64,000 bases of DNA from Antedon mediterranea (lineage: Eukaryota > Animalia > Echinodermata), in assembly GCF_964355755.1 (NCBI RefSeq), contig NC_092673.1:14232948-14296947 (forward strand), read 5' to 3'. The translations under genes and the position numbers were made by a program. Shown in pieces: positions 41,235 to 54,252 of the stretch. Below the pieces are notes generated by a model. The model was not told where the DNA came from, made no database searches, and worked only from the letters and a program-made list of their open reading frames with translations. Each line of letters starts with the position of its first letter. Within the stretch, counting starts at the first letter, position 1.

Positions 41235-42603
41235 ACTGGATGATACCTGAAACGAATGAGTCCATACAACTTGTATTTACACTTTTTCACAATTTCACGT
41301 TAATTTATCACATTTTAAGTTTATATACTAGAAAATCAATATTATTCCTAGAGCCTAGTAGGCCTATATGGTTTAGAGCTATTTGGCAAAATAAAAAATA
41401 ATTGTTCAGTGGTAGGCTTCTGTACTATTATTATTATTAATAAATACAACCATTGATTAAAATATCGGTCTACGCACAATCGGAGGTTTATATATAATTT
41501 AATATAAGTATGTGTAATAATATTATATTATAGGCCTAGCTAGGGCCTGGCCTAGCTGGATAATTCCTATAATTAGTAATTTCAGCTACAAAATCCAGGT
41601 TCCAATCCTGGTCACCACTCATGGCACTAATTGTAGCTTTTTATAAAATAATGATAATAATTCCAATATTAATAATTATTAGGCCTATGCCTAGTATTAG
41701 TATTGTAAGTAGGCCTAGGGCCTAGGCTGGGCCTATATCATGCCTAGCCTGCTAGGCCTATCTAGTCTATACAGAAAAGTATAACAATAACTTAAACCAT
41801 CATCAATTTCACCTACAAAATCGATAAAACACAGAATTTAAAATAATAATAATAATAAAACAGGAAAACACTATTAAACATTATTATATTTATTTATCTA
41901 CCTATCATCAGTATACGTACGGTACGTACCTTTTTGGTCTTCCTGAGCTGAATCAATTCAATCAGCATCAATGTGTGAAAAATGACGAACTACGCAGTTG
42001 AATAGCCCCCCATCCATAACAGCGTTGGGTTATTTAATGCATGATGAATAACAAATAATTATGATTTAATAACAAATACACATGTTTTTAATTAATCCAT
42101 GATAAATATTCGTAAAATATGTTTATTCGGATATTTATTAATTACGTCTCCACTATAGTCTATAAAACATAATGAATGTCATTATTTCAAAAAAAATAGG
42201 CCTACCCCGTAAACAAATGGAAGCTTCTCAACAACAGTTAATTTATGCATCATATAGAGAGCACAGAGCAGAAAATGGCTCTAGGCCGGCCTCATCCTAG
42301 CAGCCGCCGCACAGGGGGAGAGAGAAGCACAACACCAGCTCTCTCTCTCTCCCCTGTCTCTCCCCCACAGGCGGGTGAGGTGGGTGTTACCCCGGGCCTA
42401 GTTGTGGGGCGTAAAATTGTAACAGGCCCACAAGCTAAATTATATTATTTCATTCTGGTTTTTTTTTCATTATTTAAGTTTGTGATAATGTGTGTAACCA
42501 GGGAGATGTAAAATAAATTTATAAATTAGTTTACATCTCCCTGACCTGTGTGTGTAACGTAGGCCTAAGTAAGTGTCATACAGTCGTATTAGTTGACATT
42601 CAC

Positions 42604-43575
42604 CCCCCGCCCCTCAATATTAAATCGGCGCCAACAGTTACAATTTAACAATAAAACAATAAATGTGCGAACAACTACCGTTTAAAACTTGTCGAGTGGA
42701 ATATCTACACTTTACATGCGTAAATGCGAATGATGTACAAAACTGACTATGGAAAGTATGAAAATTAAAAATTAGTATATCAACTGATATATACGTAAGC
42801 GGAGCCAAAAGCTAACGTTTGAAAAGTTGTCGAATGAAATGTTATCACATTAAATCACGAACAAGCGAACGGTGTGTAATACTGGCCAATCGAAAGTAGG
42901 TGATTGAAATGCAACCACTTTAACTCAAGAAAATACGTTCGGTGCGAAAAATCGCCGTTTGGAAAGTCGATGCTTCAAATATCATGGTTTGAAATCACGA
43001 ACAAGCGAACGGTGTGTAATACTGGCCAATCAAAAGTAAGTGATTGAAATGCAACCACTTTAACTCAAGAAAATACGTTCGGTGCGAAAAATCGCTGTTT
43101 GGAAAGTCGATGCTTCAAATATCATGGTTTGAACTCACGAACGGGCGTATCGTGTGCAAAACAGTTGTTTCAACTGTTGAACAGACGAACGGTGTATAAA
43201 ACAGGCAATGAATTAGAATTATAATTCGATGAACTATAATTAAGATGCTTTGTTTGAAATGTTCATGAACTACATGAAATGTTGATAAATGAGTTGACTA
43301 ATATATACTTGTATTAACGTTAGATTAATTCAATTATTGCTGCCTGGGCTCAACATTCTTTAGATGGTTTGTGTTATGGGTAGTTTGTTCGGCGTATTGT
43401 CGTTTGGGCTAGTGGTAGATGGTCACACATTATATTGGATGGTGTAGATACTAGGTGAATGGTTTAAGTTTTCATTGAACTGCATGAGATAATATTGGAT
43501 GGTTTAAATTTTGTACGAATTAATTATTGGTGGATGGTATGTATTATGTATTTTTGGCGGGTTTGGCTTTCCATA
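42604..43575 (-). repeat. Right TIR of the IS3EU element
   Basis: Inverted copy of 30454-31412, including the 140-bp duplication. Confidence 0.95.
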
Positions 43576-44599
43576 CATATACTGTCGTGTACGTATACAT
43601 ACATAAAATAAATGGGGAAACCCCGTAGGCTTCATTTAGCCTACACTGTACCGTATACGGGTTTTTTTGTATAGCTGAATATAATACTAAATACTTGATT
43701 TGAATGTTTAGGAAGATTTAGTATTTTAGTTCTTTGAAATGTATGCATTGTTTATATGTTAAGTGTGTCTTTATTTTATGATTATCATCATAAAATACTT
43801 CATTAATTTATATCATCAATTCAGTCAATGTCACATGCTTGTGCGCATATTAAGAAACGACATTGTTTTGGCCATGTGCTCCAACGATCCAAAGGATCGG
43901 CAGAGGACCGTTTCCTTAAACGTTCTTCCACCCTATGCATATTGTGTACACGTGCTCTGCCGTGGATACAAAGGACTGTTTTGTTTTACGCGCATACCTA
44001 GCAATAACAGGCTCTTTCTTTAAATGTTCTTCCACCCTATGCATATTGTGTACATGTGCTCTGCTGTTTATGAAAATCAGATTTATACAAGATTTATTTA
44101 ATTATACTATACTATACTGAAGTTGTTTTTCAGTTATGACCATTATGAGAGTTTGATAAGTAGGGTGTTTCGTAGTTATTATATTTTAGAGAACAAAGCT
44201 AGAATAGTAATAGGCCTAATAAACAACAAATAAACTTGAAATGTTACTGGTAGGTCTATGCTATATAGGCTATTCATAATAAAACAATTGAAAAAACTAA
44301 AATCCACCAATGTTCCCCGTTTATTTTCCCAGGGTCAAAGTGGTCAAAATAAATACAATATTTACAATAAAGATATATATTCCTTCATATGGTAACTAAA
44401 ACATACTCCACGCACGGAGGACCCGAGATGTAATCCGTAATTTCGAATAACTTTTATAACTTAGACCTCCCAACTCATGGACGTACCCTAATACGGTTAC
44501 TGAAAATAAATAAGGTTAATGTTTAATAAAATTAAAACTTTGTTCTTTAGATTTTTTTAATATGATGATGGACGATCAGATTTTATTTATTTTATTCAC

Positions 44600-44906
44600 A
44601 GAAGAGCTGGATTTAAAGGATGCTACTGAAGAGCCAATCATCAAAGATAATAATGAAGTTGTAGTAGCACCAAAAAGGTCTGCCCCTCCAAAATCTGCAT
44701 CATCATCGTCATCTAAAGCCCCAAAATATGACAACGTAAGCCTAAAAATTGTTGATTATCTAGAATCAAAAGAAATAAAGAAAACTCCTAAACAAAATAA
44801 GGACGCATTAGAACTGTTTTTCAAATCAACATTTCAAACTGTCAAATATTTTTCAAAGATCAAACAAATTCAAGTTAAAAAGGCTATAACATCTCTTGTG
44901 TTGTGA
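44600..44906 (+). pseudogene. BESS-like C-terminal fragment (MADF/BESS-type TE accessory protein)
   Basis: KDALELFFKSTFQTVKYFSKIKQIQVKKAITSLVL resembles the BESS-like motif. No N-terminal domain is seen. Confidence 0.4.
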
Positions 44907-45533
44907 TCTCTAAATTGTGGAATAGTCATATCAATTTGTTGTCTAAGAATACGTTTGTTTACCTAAATTTATAACCGGTTAATTTTTTATGGACATATAT
45001 ATACACATAGCATGAACGAATGACATTTAAATATAGTACTACTACTACTAATCAGACAGAGGCATTGGAAAGGCATTATCACAGCAGATTTTTACAACTA
45101 CAAAATGCTTGGTTCCAGTTGGATCAGGTAAACTACATAATAATACATGCCAAATTATAAAGTGTTTTTTTTTTATTTAGAAACATATTTCCATTCCAGT
45201 ATACAGTATATGCAGTTGTTACTGCTTTGATTTTCCGTATGCCTGTAGTTCATACATTGACTAATAACAAGCCTACTGCTGATAGAAAAGAGATTCCAAA
45301 TATTGTTACTAATTTTGAGGCCATAAGTCTTGTGAGTAGCAGCATGCAATGTATCAAATTAATAATTGATTAATTATTAAATAATGTTGACAATAAAAAT
45401 GCATTTGGAAGAAAATATTAAAATATTGAATTTGCAATATGGCTGCATTCGCGTGCTCAAGTTAGTGTTTACTTACCAACCGACCGACCTAGTGAGCTGT
45501 AGAGTCTACTTCCTTTATTGTGTTGTGTTTTAG

Positions 45534-46140
45534 GATGATGCCACATATCATGATACAAGAGGTAGACATGATGAAACATTAATGGTACCTGCCTCCTACT
45601 ACACTACGGAAAGTGATTTAGACCAAAGAAACTTTAGCATCAGAAGAACAGCTAAGTAAATTTAATGAATATCTCTAGACATGTGGCAACAAACCCGGCA
45701 ACAAACCAGTACAACAAATGATTAAACCCAAACGACATCATTTGCAACAGGCGAAAGAATCGGTATTGGCTGTACGGAACACTTTGTCCCCATACAATGT
45801 TGGTCAACTCTGGAAAGCACTGATGTCATCGGGTCTTGAAGATGACAATTCTGAAGATCTTAACCTTTGTAATTTAGATTACGAGATAATGGAAACTCTT
45901 TCAGAATGCTACATGAACACAAATCATTGGTCAAACTGCAAGCAGATTTTATCAATAATGGCTGACAAACTAAAATTCAAAGAATTAACGCATTTTCTAC
46001 CATAAGTCACACTTTACTGGTTCAAAATTGCACGACAACATCAGATCTTGCATGGAAGTGGAGCCCAAGTAGAAGTGCAAAATTAGACTCGAATGCTGGT
46101 AGATTCAAAACAAGTTGATCATTTTATCACATTTATAACA
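45534..46140 (+). pseudogene. Sola3-like transposase, 5' portion
   Basis: ETLSECY...KQILSIMADKL.FKEL..FLP...FKIARQH..LHGSG...QVDHFITFIT. The expected continuation is found at 57420. Confidence 0.55.
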
Positions 46141-46165
46141 AGGACCGGCACGTACGTTCGCCGCA

Positions 46166-47126
46166 TAGACTTGCCCCAAGTCTGTATTATCTTTTTTTTA
46201 AATTTATTTGTTTTTATTTCGACCGCGATTTTTGTCTGAAAATACAGACTTGTGAAACACGTATAGAAATCGATTTGCAGACCGCAAACATCCGATAAGA
46301 ATGACGTATAAGTTTATCATACCGTATTTGGCTATATGGGGCGGGCGGTATGTAAATATAGATTTCGAATCAACCAATGATCATTTTGTTTCAAAATGAA
46401 AAAGATCGAGTACGTACAGTGCTGAATGTACGATCGAGACTGTTGAAATATAAAATCGTAATGCCAAGTTGTTTTGTTTATTAATTGTTTAGTCCTTGGC
46501 CTAGGCCTCTTTTGTAGGTCCTACTCAATTCGCACGTATGACCTGCCAAATAAAACGCCAATAAAGTAGGCCTACATACCACCACCGGCGGCACACAACA
46601 ACAGGGCTACAACACCACACAGAACAGGACAGGGTCTGGGTGGGAATTTAAATCAAAATTATCTCCGCGTAATAAAATGATCCATTCAATGTTTGATTTG
46701 CGGAGAAGCTAGCCTATCATATCACGAGTTTTCATGTTCTTGGGAAAAATCCCATCAAATGTTTACCAGACTACTAGGCATATAGAATCATTTCTAGCCT
46801 TCAGAAACTTTCATAAATGTACCCAAGTACACATTGTCTAAACGTAACATAGCGCATGCGCATCATCTTAGTTGTTGAGTCTTTGAAATTCTGAAATATG
46901 AATATTAAAACGGTGTACGAGTGAGTAGCCAATCGCATGCAGCTGAAACTAGTCAACCGTATAATCGTATGCACCAAGAATTCTTGGTGTCAAACCACGT
47001 GACTTGTGCGTGTTTCCCCAGACGGAGTATCCAAAATCAAGTAGTATACGTATGAAACGCCATATGTGCCAAAATATTTATCTTTTTACTAATATTAAGA
47101 CAAAACTCCGTCTGGAACCCAGACTA
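46166..47126. mobile_element. AcademH-like non-autonomous element (961 bp)
   Basis: TAG...CTA ends and a perfect 10-bp TSD GTTCGCCGCA (46156-46165, 47127-47136). Each end is a short hairpin. Confidence 0.75.
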
Positions 47127-48280
47127 GTTCGCCGCAATGCAAGAATAGGTAAGTTTACTGGAAAAGCCAAACTATAGAGGGTGTCGGAATCAACCAAGCG
47201 TGAGATTTGAAAGTTTTCGCACAAAAGTTTGATTGCTCTAAACACAAAAAGACGTTAAAAATTGTGACAAATATTCATTCAGAATTTTGAGTAAAGCAGT
47301 ATTTTAATTTTTTAAATTATATTCTACAAGAATTTTTAAGTTTAAACATTTTTGACACAATATTTAAAATATTACAGCATTTCAAAGATAGCAATATGGG
47401 AATTTCTGAAGTAAAATGAGTCAACTAAAATGTTAAATTGTAATTAATCTGAAGTTTTCTCAGATATGACGAATATCATATCATCTTATTTAGATAACAA
47501 TGCATTTAATTTTAATTAAAACTATAGAGAGCAACAATTATTTTACGAGATTAACATTTGCCTGAATTTTGGCTATTTTTGCACAGCAGAATAGACGTTC
47601 CTATGTTAAAGCATAGGCGCGCACCTGATAAGGCTATAAATACAGTATTAGATGAGTGGAAATAGATGAAAAGTTGCAACAGTTTGTTTTTTTGATGAAT
47701 CATGTTCAGAATATAATAGGGAATAACATATCCAAAATCTACCTTCATCTGAAAACTATAAATGGTGTAATTTGCATAAATTCAAAATGGCTGCCATTCA
47801 ATCATTAAATGCTTATAAATCAGGTAATACAAAGCTAAACATGTTGATTTTAGGGTCTATACCTATGTTTTCAATACCAAAGAATCCATTTATGTCACTT
47901 TTATTTTTCCTAAAGTAGCCATTTTGAAATCCAATATGGCTGACATCCACAATTGTACCGTTTCATGCTTTTAAAGCATAACAAAATATTACTATTACTT
48001 AAAAAATAATACTGGTTATCATTAACATTACTTCTATTTTGATAAAATGAAGAATGTTCCAGAATAAAAAAAATAAAAATAACAATCCCATAATTCCAAG
48101 CAAAACAAAAGATCCTGATTGACTGAAAGTTTTCCCAGGAAAAATGAATGACATGAAGAAAGTACATACAGAATCTAGTATTTCTTAATACTAATTCATT
48201 CAAGTAAGTTTCAAGAGTTTCTGAATATCAATCAACAGTAGTTCTAAACATCAGTATTTATATAAAACCTAGGCCGTGTG

Positions 48281-48490
48281 TAGGCCTAGGTGGCATGAGC
48301 CTAAGTCAGTTAGGCCTAGGCAGCATAGCCTAAGTCAGTTAGGCCTAGGCAGCATAGCCTAGTCAGTTAGGCCTAGGCAGCATAGCCTAGTCAGTTAGGC
48401 CTAGGCAGCATAGCCTAAGTCAGTTAGGCCTAGGCAGCATAGCCTAAGTCAGTTAGGCCTAGGCGGCATGAGCCTAAGCAAGATAGGCCT
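48281..48490. repeat. Minisatellite, 28-30-bp unit x~7
   Basis: (taggcctaggcagcatagccta(a)gtcagt)n upstream of the Academ ORF. Confidence 0.9.
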
Positions 48491-48684
48491 AGTGATGGTT
48501 TAGGCATGGTCAGCTTAGGCCTATGTAGTTCAACTTGGGCTTAGACTAGCTTGAATATAATTTTAGAGCTAATGACCAAAAGAACCAAAGACCTTTCTTT
48601 ATCTTTTCTTATACAATAGTTTGCAAGAAAACAAATTATAAGGAAGGGAAAATAAGTATTTGAATTGTTTTAACTTACAGGACT

Positions 48685-51600
48685 ATGAGTAGGCCTATGC
48701 AAAACCAAGAAGACCATTCTGAGACAGATTTATGTCCATTATGTGATAAGAGTATGACTGATGATGATGGTAGAAGAACAGTAAACATTACTCAAAAAGC
48801 AGCAAGGACAGTAAATGAAGCTAGTAGTAAAGAAAAAGGAACATCATTGCAAGTAGTAGCCGGTCAGGTCCTCCACTCAGACTGCAGAAAAGCATTTACC
48901 AACAAGAGAAACATTGCTGTCGCTAAAAAAAGAAAGGCGGAAGAATTTATTGTTGAGACACCATCTTTGAGATCAAAGCAGTCAATATTCAATTTTTCTA
49001 GCCATTGTCTTTATTGTGAAAGTAAGGTAGTTGATGAAGATGGAAATCGTCTTGAAAATGTATACAGAGTAGCTTCTTGGAATTGTCAAGATTCTATTTT
49101 AAATTCCTGTAAGATCCGAGGAGATAAATGGGCAGATGATGTGCGATCGTGTTGTTTTTGCTCAAGACTTACCAGCCGTTGATGCTGTATATCATCAAGT
49201 TTGTAGCGTCAATTTCAGAACTGGCAGAAACATTCCTAACGAGTACGACACTAATTCTGGTGGAGACAAACAAACTCGCCCTGGGCGAAAAGCTGATACC
49301 ACTCGTGAACAGGCTTTTTTACTAGTACTAGAAGAGTTTTTGGAAAATGAGGAAGAGCAGACCACAATATCTGATCTAGTTGATAGAATGGCATGCTTGT
49401 GTTCAGAGCCATATAGCAATATCTACATGAAGGTAAAACTCTATGAATATTTTGGAGATTCCATGATGATTACTCAAGTTGGTAACCGTTCAAATATTAT
49501 TACAATTCGTAAATCAGCTGCAAAAATATTGAATGAATTTTATGTAAATCACAAACAAGAAGAAAATGAAGAGGTACGTAAGAAAAATATTTTAAGAGCT
49601 GCTGCAGCATTAATTAAAGCAGACATCGATCAGGTAAAGGATAGTCGAGACATATATCCTGATCTTCAAGGTCTCGGAAATATAGAACGTAACTTAGCAT
49701 ATCTTCCAATGTCACTCAGAATGTTTTTAAGTGATATTTTTAGAGGGAATAAAACTTCTAATGAAATCAAAATTGCAGCAATTGGACAGAGTATCATGCA
49801 GCAGACTAGACCAAGAAGTATTGTAGCACCTATCCCGTTTGGATTAACTATGCAGTTGCATTGGAAATGGGGCTCTAAAGAACTTATTGAAAATCTGAAC
49901 AACAAAGGATTTTGCTTGTCTTATGATGAGGCATGCCATTTCAAAGCATGTGCTGCTAATGATCAGAGCGACCCATTTTCTAATTTAGATGGTCACTTTT
50001 GTCATGTGATTGCAGACAATGTAGACCACAATATTGTAACACTAAATGGAAAGAATACTTACCATGGCATGGGTCTAATGTTTACAGCTACCCCAGAAAT
50101 AAGCTCCAAACGCCAAGTTCCTCGTAGTGCTTCTCGTAACATTGACAAACCAAAGAGCGTTGACATTAAAAGATTTCGAAAATTGGGAAAAGCTGGCGAT
50201 AACATGATATATAATGCATTACCAATGATTGACAAGGAAGATGACCGAGAGCACCTTGATACATTGTGGAACATAGCATTTCCGTATCGAACAGATAGAC
50301 CTAGTTGGTCTGGATTTATGCAGGCTGTGACGAGATGTGCTCATCCAGGAAAGTCTTCTTTTCATTTTCTGCCAATGGTAGACTTGGATCCCACAAATAT
50401 GAGCTGCGTGTATTCAACTCTATTATTCGTAAATAACCAATGCCTAAAACATGGAGTTACACCTGTTGTAACCTTTGACCAGCCACTTTGGTTTAAAGCA
50501 AAACAAATAACTACTCATGAAGAAGAGGTGAAAGGTATGATTCTAAATCTTGGAGGGTTTCATACACTTATGAGCTTCTTAGGCAGCATTGGCCACATCA
50601 TGAGGTCGAGTGGATTACGATCATTATTGGAACTAGTATATGCCGGCAACACAGTTACACACATGCTCATGGGAAAAGAATATGAGAGAGCAATACGAGG
50701 TAACTTCTTGATTGATGGAGCTCTCAATGGGCTTCTGGTAAAGAAGATGCTGAATGATAATGATGACCCGCAACTACTGGACTATGCTTTAGAAAAATTT
50801 GACGAAGTTTTAACATCAAGTGAAACAGTTGTATGCAAAACAGATAGCAAAATACAATCTATACAGGAGACGCTGCAGCAAACCAAATACTTGCAGAAAA
50901 GGCCAACTGGGCAGTTATGGATCCAGTACATGAAGATGATAGGTATCTTGCGATGTGCCTTGCGAGCACAGCGCACTGGTCAATTTATGCTCTATCTGAA
51001 GTCTCTACAGGACATGCTGCCATTTTTTGCTGCTAGTGGTCACAACAATTACGCAAAATCGGTTCATCTATTTTTGCAAGATATGTTTCAACTTGAAGAA
51101 AGTAACCCAGACGTGTACTCAAAGTTTATTTCTGGATTGTTTTTCGTGAGAAGAAGTGACCGCTTCTGGGCTGGCCTCCCAACAGATCTCATCATTGAAC
51201 AGGTTCTGATGAGATCATTAAAAAGCAAAGGAGGCTTAACACATGGGAGAGGAATGGACGAGACTCAACGGACAAGATGGCTCCTCTCAATGCCAGCATT
51301 TGCCGATATAAACAAAGAAATGGAAAGCATGTATCAAAGAACACATGAAAACTACAACAAGCACATGACACCTAGTAGACGTAAACAAGATAATCAAGAC
51401 ACTGAGTGCATCTTTGAATTCCTACAATGCCATGATCCATTTGATGACAATGAAAATTTGTATGATATTTCCACTGGTATATCGTCTTGTTCTTCAAATG
51501 TACATAAAGCTGAAGAAATTGGTAAAGCAATTATGAAGAAAATGGAAGGAGAAACGGTTTCAAATTATGTATTTCACAAGAAAGATCAGGTTAAAGTCAT

Positions 51601-53023
51601 GGGAAAAAAAGTGGTTGCTCAAGGGGAAGATATTCCAGTGGACCCCCAACTTCTGTTTCAGCGATTACTTGTTATAGCAAATAATACAGAATTAAATCTT
51701 GGTGAGGTGCTGAATTATGAACTTTCCATCTATCCACCATCTCTATTCAATAGCAAAGGAATGCTACATTCACCTAACAAGCCACAGCTTTCAGATGCAA
51801 TATCAAAACACTGTCAACCAACCTCACCTACTATATTAAATGAGGAAGATCATTGCTATGCTTTCGATGGAGGCTCATTGATTCAACGAATGGAATGGAA
51901 AAAAGGAGATACATATGATCAAATTATGGAAAAATATGTAGTCTATGTCTAACAGTTTTCTAATCCCGTTGTAATCTTTGATGGATACAACAACACATCC
52001 ACAAAGAGTATCACACATCAGATTCGATCAAAGGGTATTTCAGCACCATTAATAGCCCTTTCACCAAATCTACCATTTAAATTAGACAAGAAAACATTCC
52101 TTACAAACAACAACAACAAGCAAAATTTCATAAACATGTTATCAGATAAAATGTTGAAAAAAAATGGCATTCAAACAATTCATGCAGAAGGTGATGCAGA
52201 TGTTCTTATTGCAAAAACAGCCGTTGATTTAGCTGTATGTAGACCAACTTATGTAATAGCTGAGGACACAGACATCCTTGTTTTACTGTGTCATCGAATA
52301 AAATCGAACACTATTGGGTTGTTCATAAAATCTGGAAAAGCCAATTCAAAACATCCTTTATGGGACATAAAGGTTACTAGTGTTAAACTTGGAGATCAGT
52401 TTTGCAGGTTTTTGCCATTTCTTCACGCTCTTTGTGGATGTGATACCACCTCTCGTCTATACAGCATCGGGAAAGGGATAGTTTTAAAGAAAAAAGAGTT
52501 ACTTATGCAACATGGAGAACCATTTCTTTCAAGATATTCGAATCACGAAACAATTAAGAAAGCTGGTGAAAGAGCTCTTGTTCACTTGTATGGTGGATGT
52601 GAAGAAAGCATTAATGAACTGCGCCATAAGAAATTCAATGAAAAAGTTTTAAAAAGCATTCGTAGCATAGAGGTACAAAGCATTCCACCTACATCAGACT
52701 CTGCAAAATATCATTCGTACCGAGTTTATTATCAAACACAAGTGTGGATGGGGAACAACCACCTAAAGCCAGAAGAGTGGGGTTGGAAATTAAAGAATGG
52801 AAAGTTGATGCCTATTACTATGGATTCTAGCCCTGCACCTCATGAACTGTTGAAGGTAATAAGGTGCAAATGTAAGGGATATTGCGATACCTTACAATGT
52901 TCTTGCAAAAAAAATGGCCTCTACTGTACAAACTCTTGTGGCGAATGCCAGGATGGCTTCTGTACAAATATTTTGTTGGAAGACAATACTGATATTATTG
53001 GAGATAGTGATATCTATCTATAA
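48685..53023 (+). pseudogene. Academ transposase (~1440 aa reconstructed) with one frameshift and one nonsense codon
   Basis: Frameshift near 49145 and an in-frame TAA at 51950-51952 with an open frame continuing to 53023. Motifs ADNVD, TFDQPL, LGGFH, DLIIEQ, XPG/PIN-like DGG, FDGY, GDAD, EDTD, GCDTTS and a C-terminal CKCK..C....CSC.K....CT..C..C....C.N. Confidence 0.88.
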
Positions 53024-53324
53024 CAATGCAACAGACTTTGATCGAATTAGAAGAAAGTTTTGTACACCGACGGACGTTTATAAACTTTCAAATTTCCTTT
53101 ATTAAGTTGTCTTACAAATTCGATACAGCCACACATAACAAGTAAGAGTTCATGCAACATTCTAAATTTTAATTTGTTAATATGATTTATCTTTAGTGTC
53201 TGAGCTTAAAATAATATTATGCCAATGTGCCCAATATTGAATAATTGATAGTACAATATATTAATATGTAAAATTAATGTTCAAAAAAAGTTCAGAACCC
53301 AGATTGAATTATTTAGAATTTTTA

Positions 53325-53830
53325 TGATCATGTTTATATTGGTGTTTAATACATGCTTATTCTATTTAATGGTTTAATATATACTAATAGCATTTTTATA
53401 ATAAGGTATACTGAAATGACCTTTGACCTAAGGTCAAAGGACATATTAAATGTCATATTCGGAATGTTTAGGGTCATGTTTATATTGGTATTTAATACAT
53501 TCTTATACTAAATATTCGATGGTTTAATAGATCATTAGGGTTTTTTAATAAGGTATACTGAAATGACCTTTGACCGAAGGTCAAAGGACAAATTAAATGT
53601 CATATTCGGAATGTTTAGGGTTATGTTTATATTGGTATTTAATACATTCTTATACTAAATATTCGATGGTTTAATAGATAATTAGGGTTTTTTATAAGGT
53701 ATAATAAAATGACCTTTGACCGAGGGTCAAAGGTCAAATCAAATGTGCTATTCCGAATGTTTAGGGTCATGTTTATATTTGTGTTTAATACATTCTTATA
53801 CCAAATTCTTTATGGTTTAAGAGATAATTG
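53325..53830. repeat. Subterminal tandem repeat, ~147 bp x3.5, inside Academ
   Basis: atgacctttgacc..aggtcaaagg recurs at 53416, 53563 and 53709. Confidence 0.88.
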
Positions 53831-54252
53831 GGATCAAAGTTGTAAAATGGCAGCCATTTTGATTTTATGCAAATTAGCTAATTTATAATGGGCAGATCAG
53901 GGTAGATTTGGATATGATAATATCTACATATAGTTGAGCATGTTTCAGCAAAAAAACAAACTGTTGCAATTGAAAAGTCTATTTCCACTCATCTATATAC
54001 AGTACACATAAATACTAGATTAATATAAACTAGGGATACAATAACAGTTGATACCAGTTATTAAATTATTTTTATTTTCTAATATCTGTATTAATATATG
54101 TATTATTTTAATGAACAACACTTAAATACAGTATAAGTTATTACAATAGCATGTGTCTTGTATTTATCTTTTAAGTCAGAAATTATATTTTTATTATACA
54201 GTATTAATAAATATAATATTATATTATATCATGACACTTTATTTATTTCAGA

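Larger units (their letters stand above)
30454..43575. mobile_element. Full-length IS3EU-type DNA transposon (13.1 kb) carrying transposase and HECT ligase genes
   Basis: Ends TATGGAAAGCCAAACCC / GGGTTTGGCTTTCCATA, 6-bp TSD CATATA (30448-30453, 43576-43581), long TIRs and two convergent spliced ORFs. TAY..RTA ends with a 6-bp TSD are the IS3EU hallmark. Confidence 0.9.
47649..53995 (+). mobile_element. Academ (AcademX-type) DNA transposon, near full length
   Basis: TIRs TAGATGAGTGGAAATAGA.../...TCTATTTCCACTCATCTA (~150 bp, imperfect), 3-bp TSD TAT and a large ORF with XPG-like and Cys-rich domains. Confidence 0.88.

Noticed and set aside
48281-48490. CRISPR-like 29-bp repeats
   Set aside because: Contiguous minisatellite without unique spacers or cas genes.
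49195-50976. Minus-strand ORFs within the Academ gene
   Set aside because: Antisense shadows of the long plus-strand ORF.
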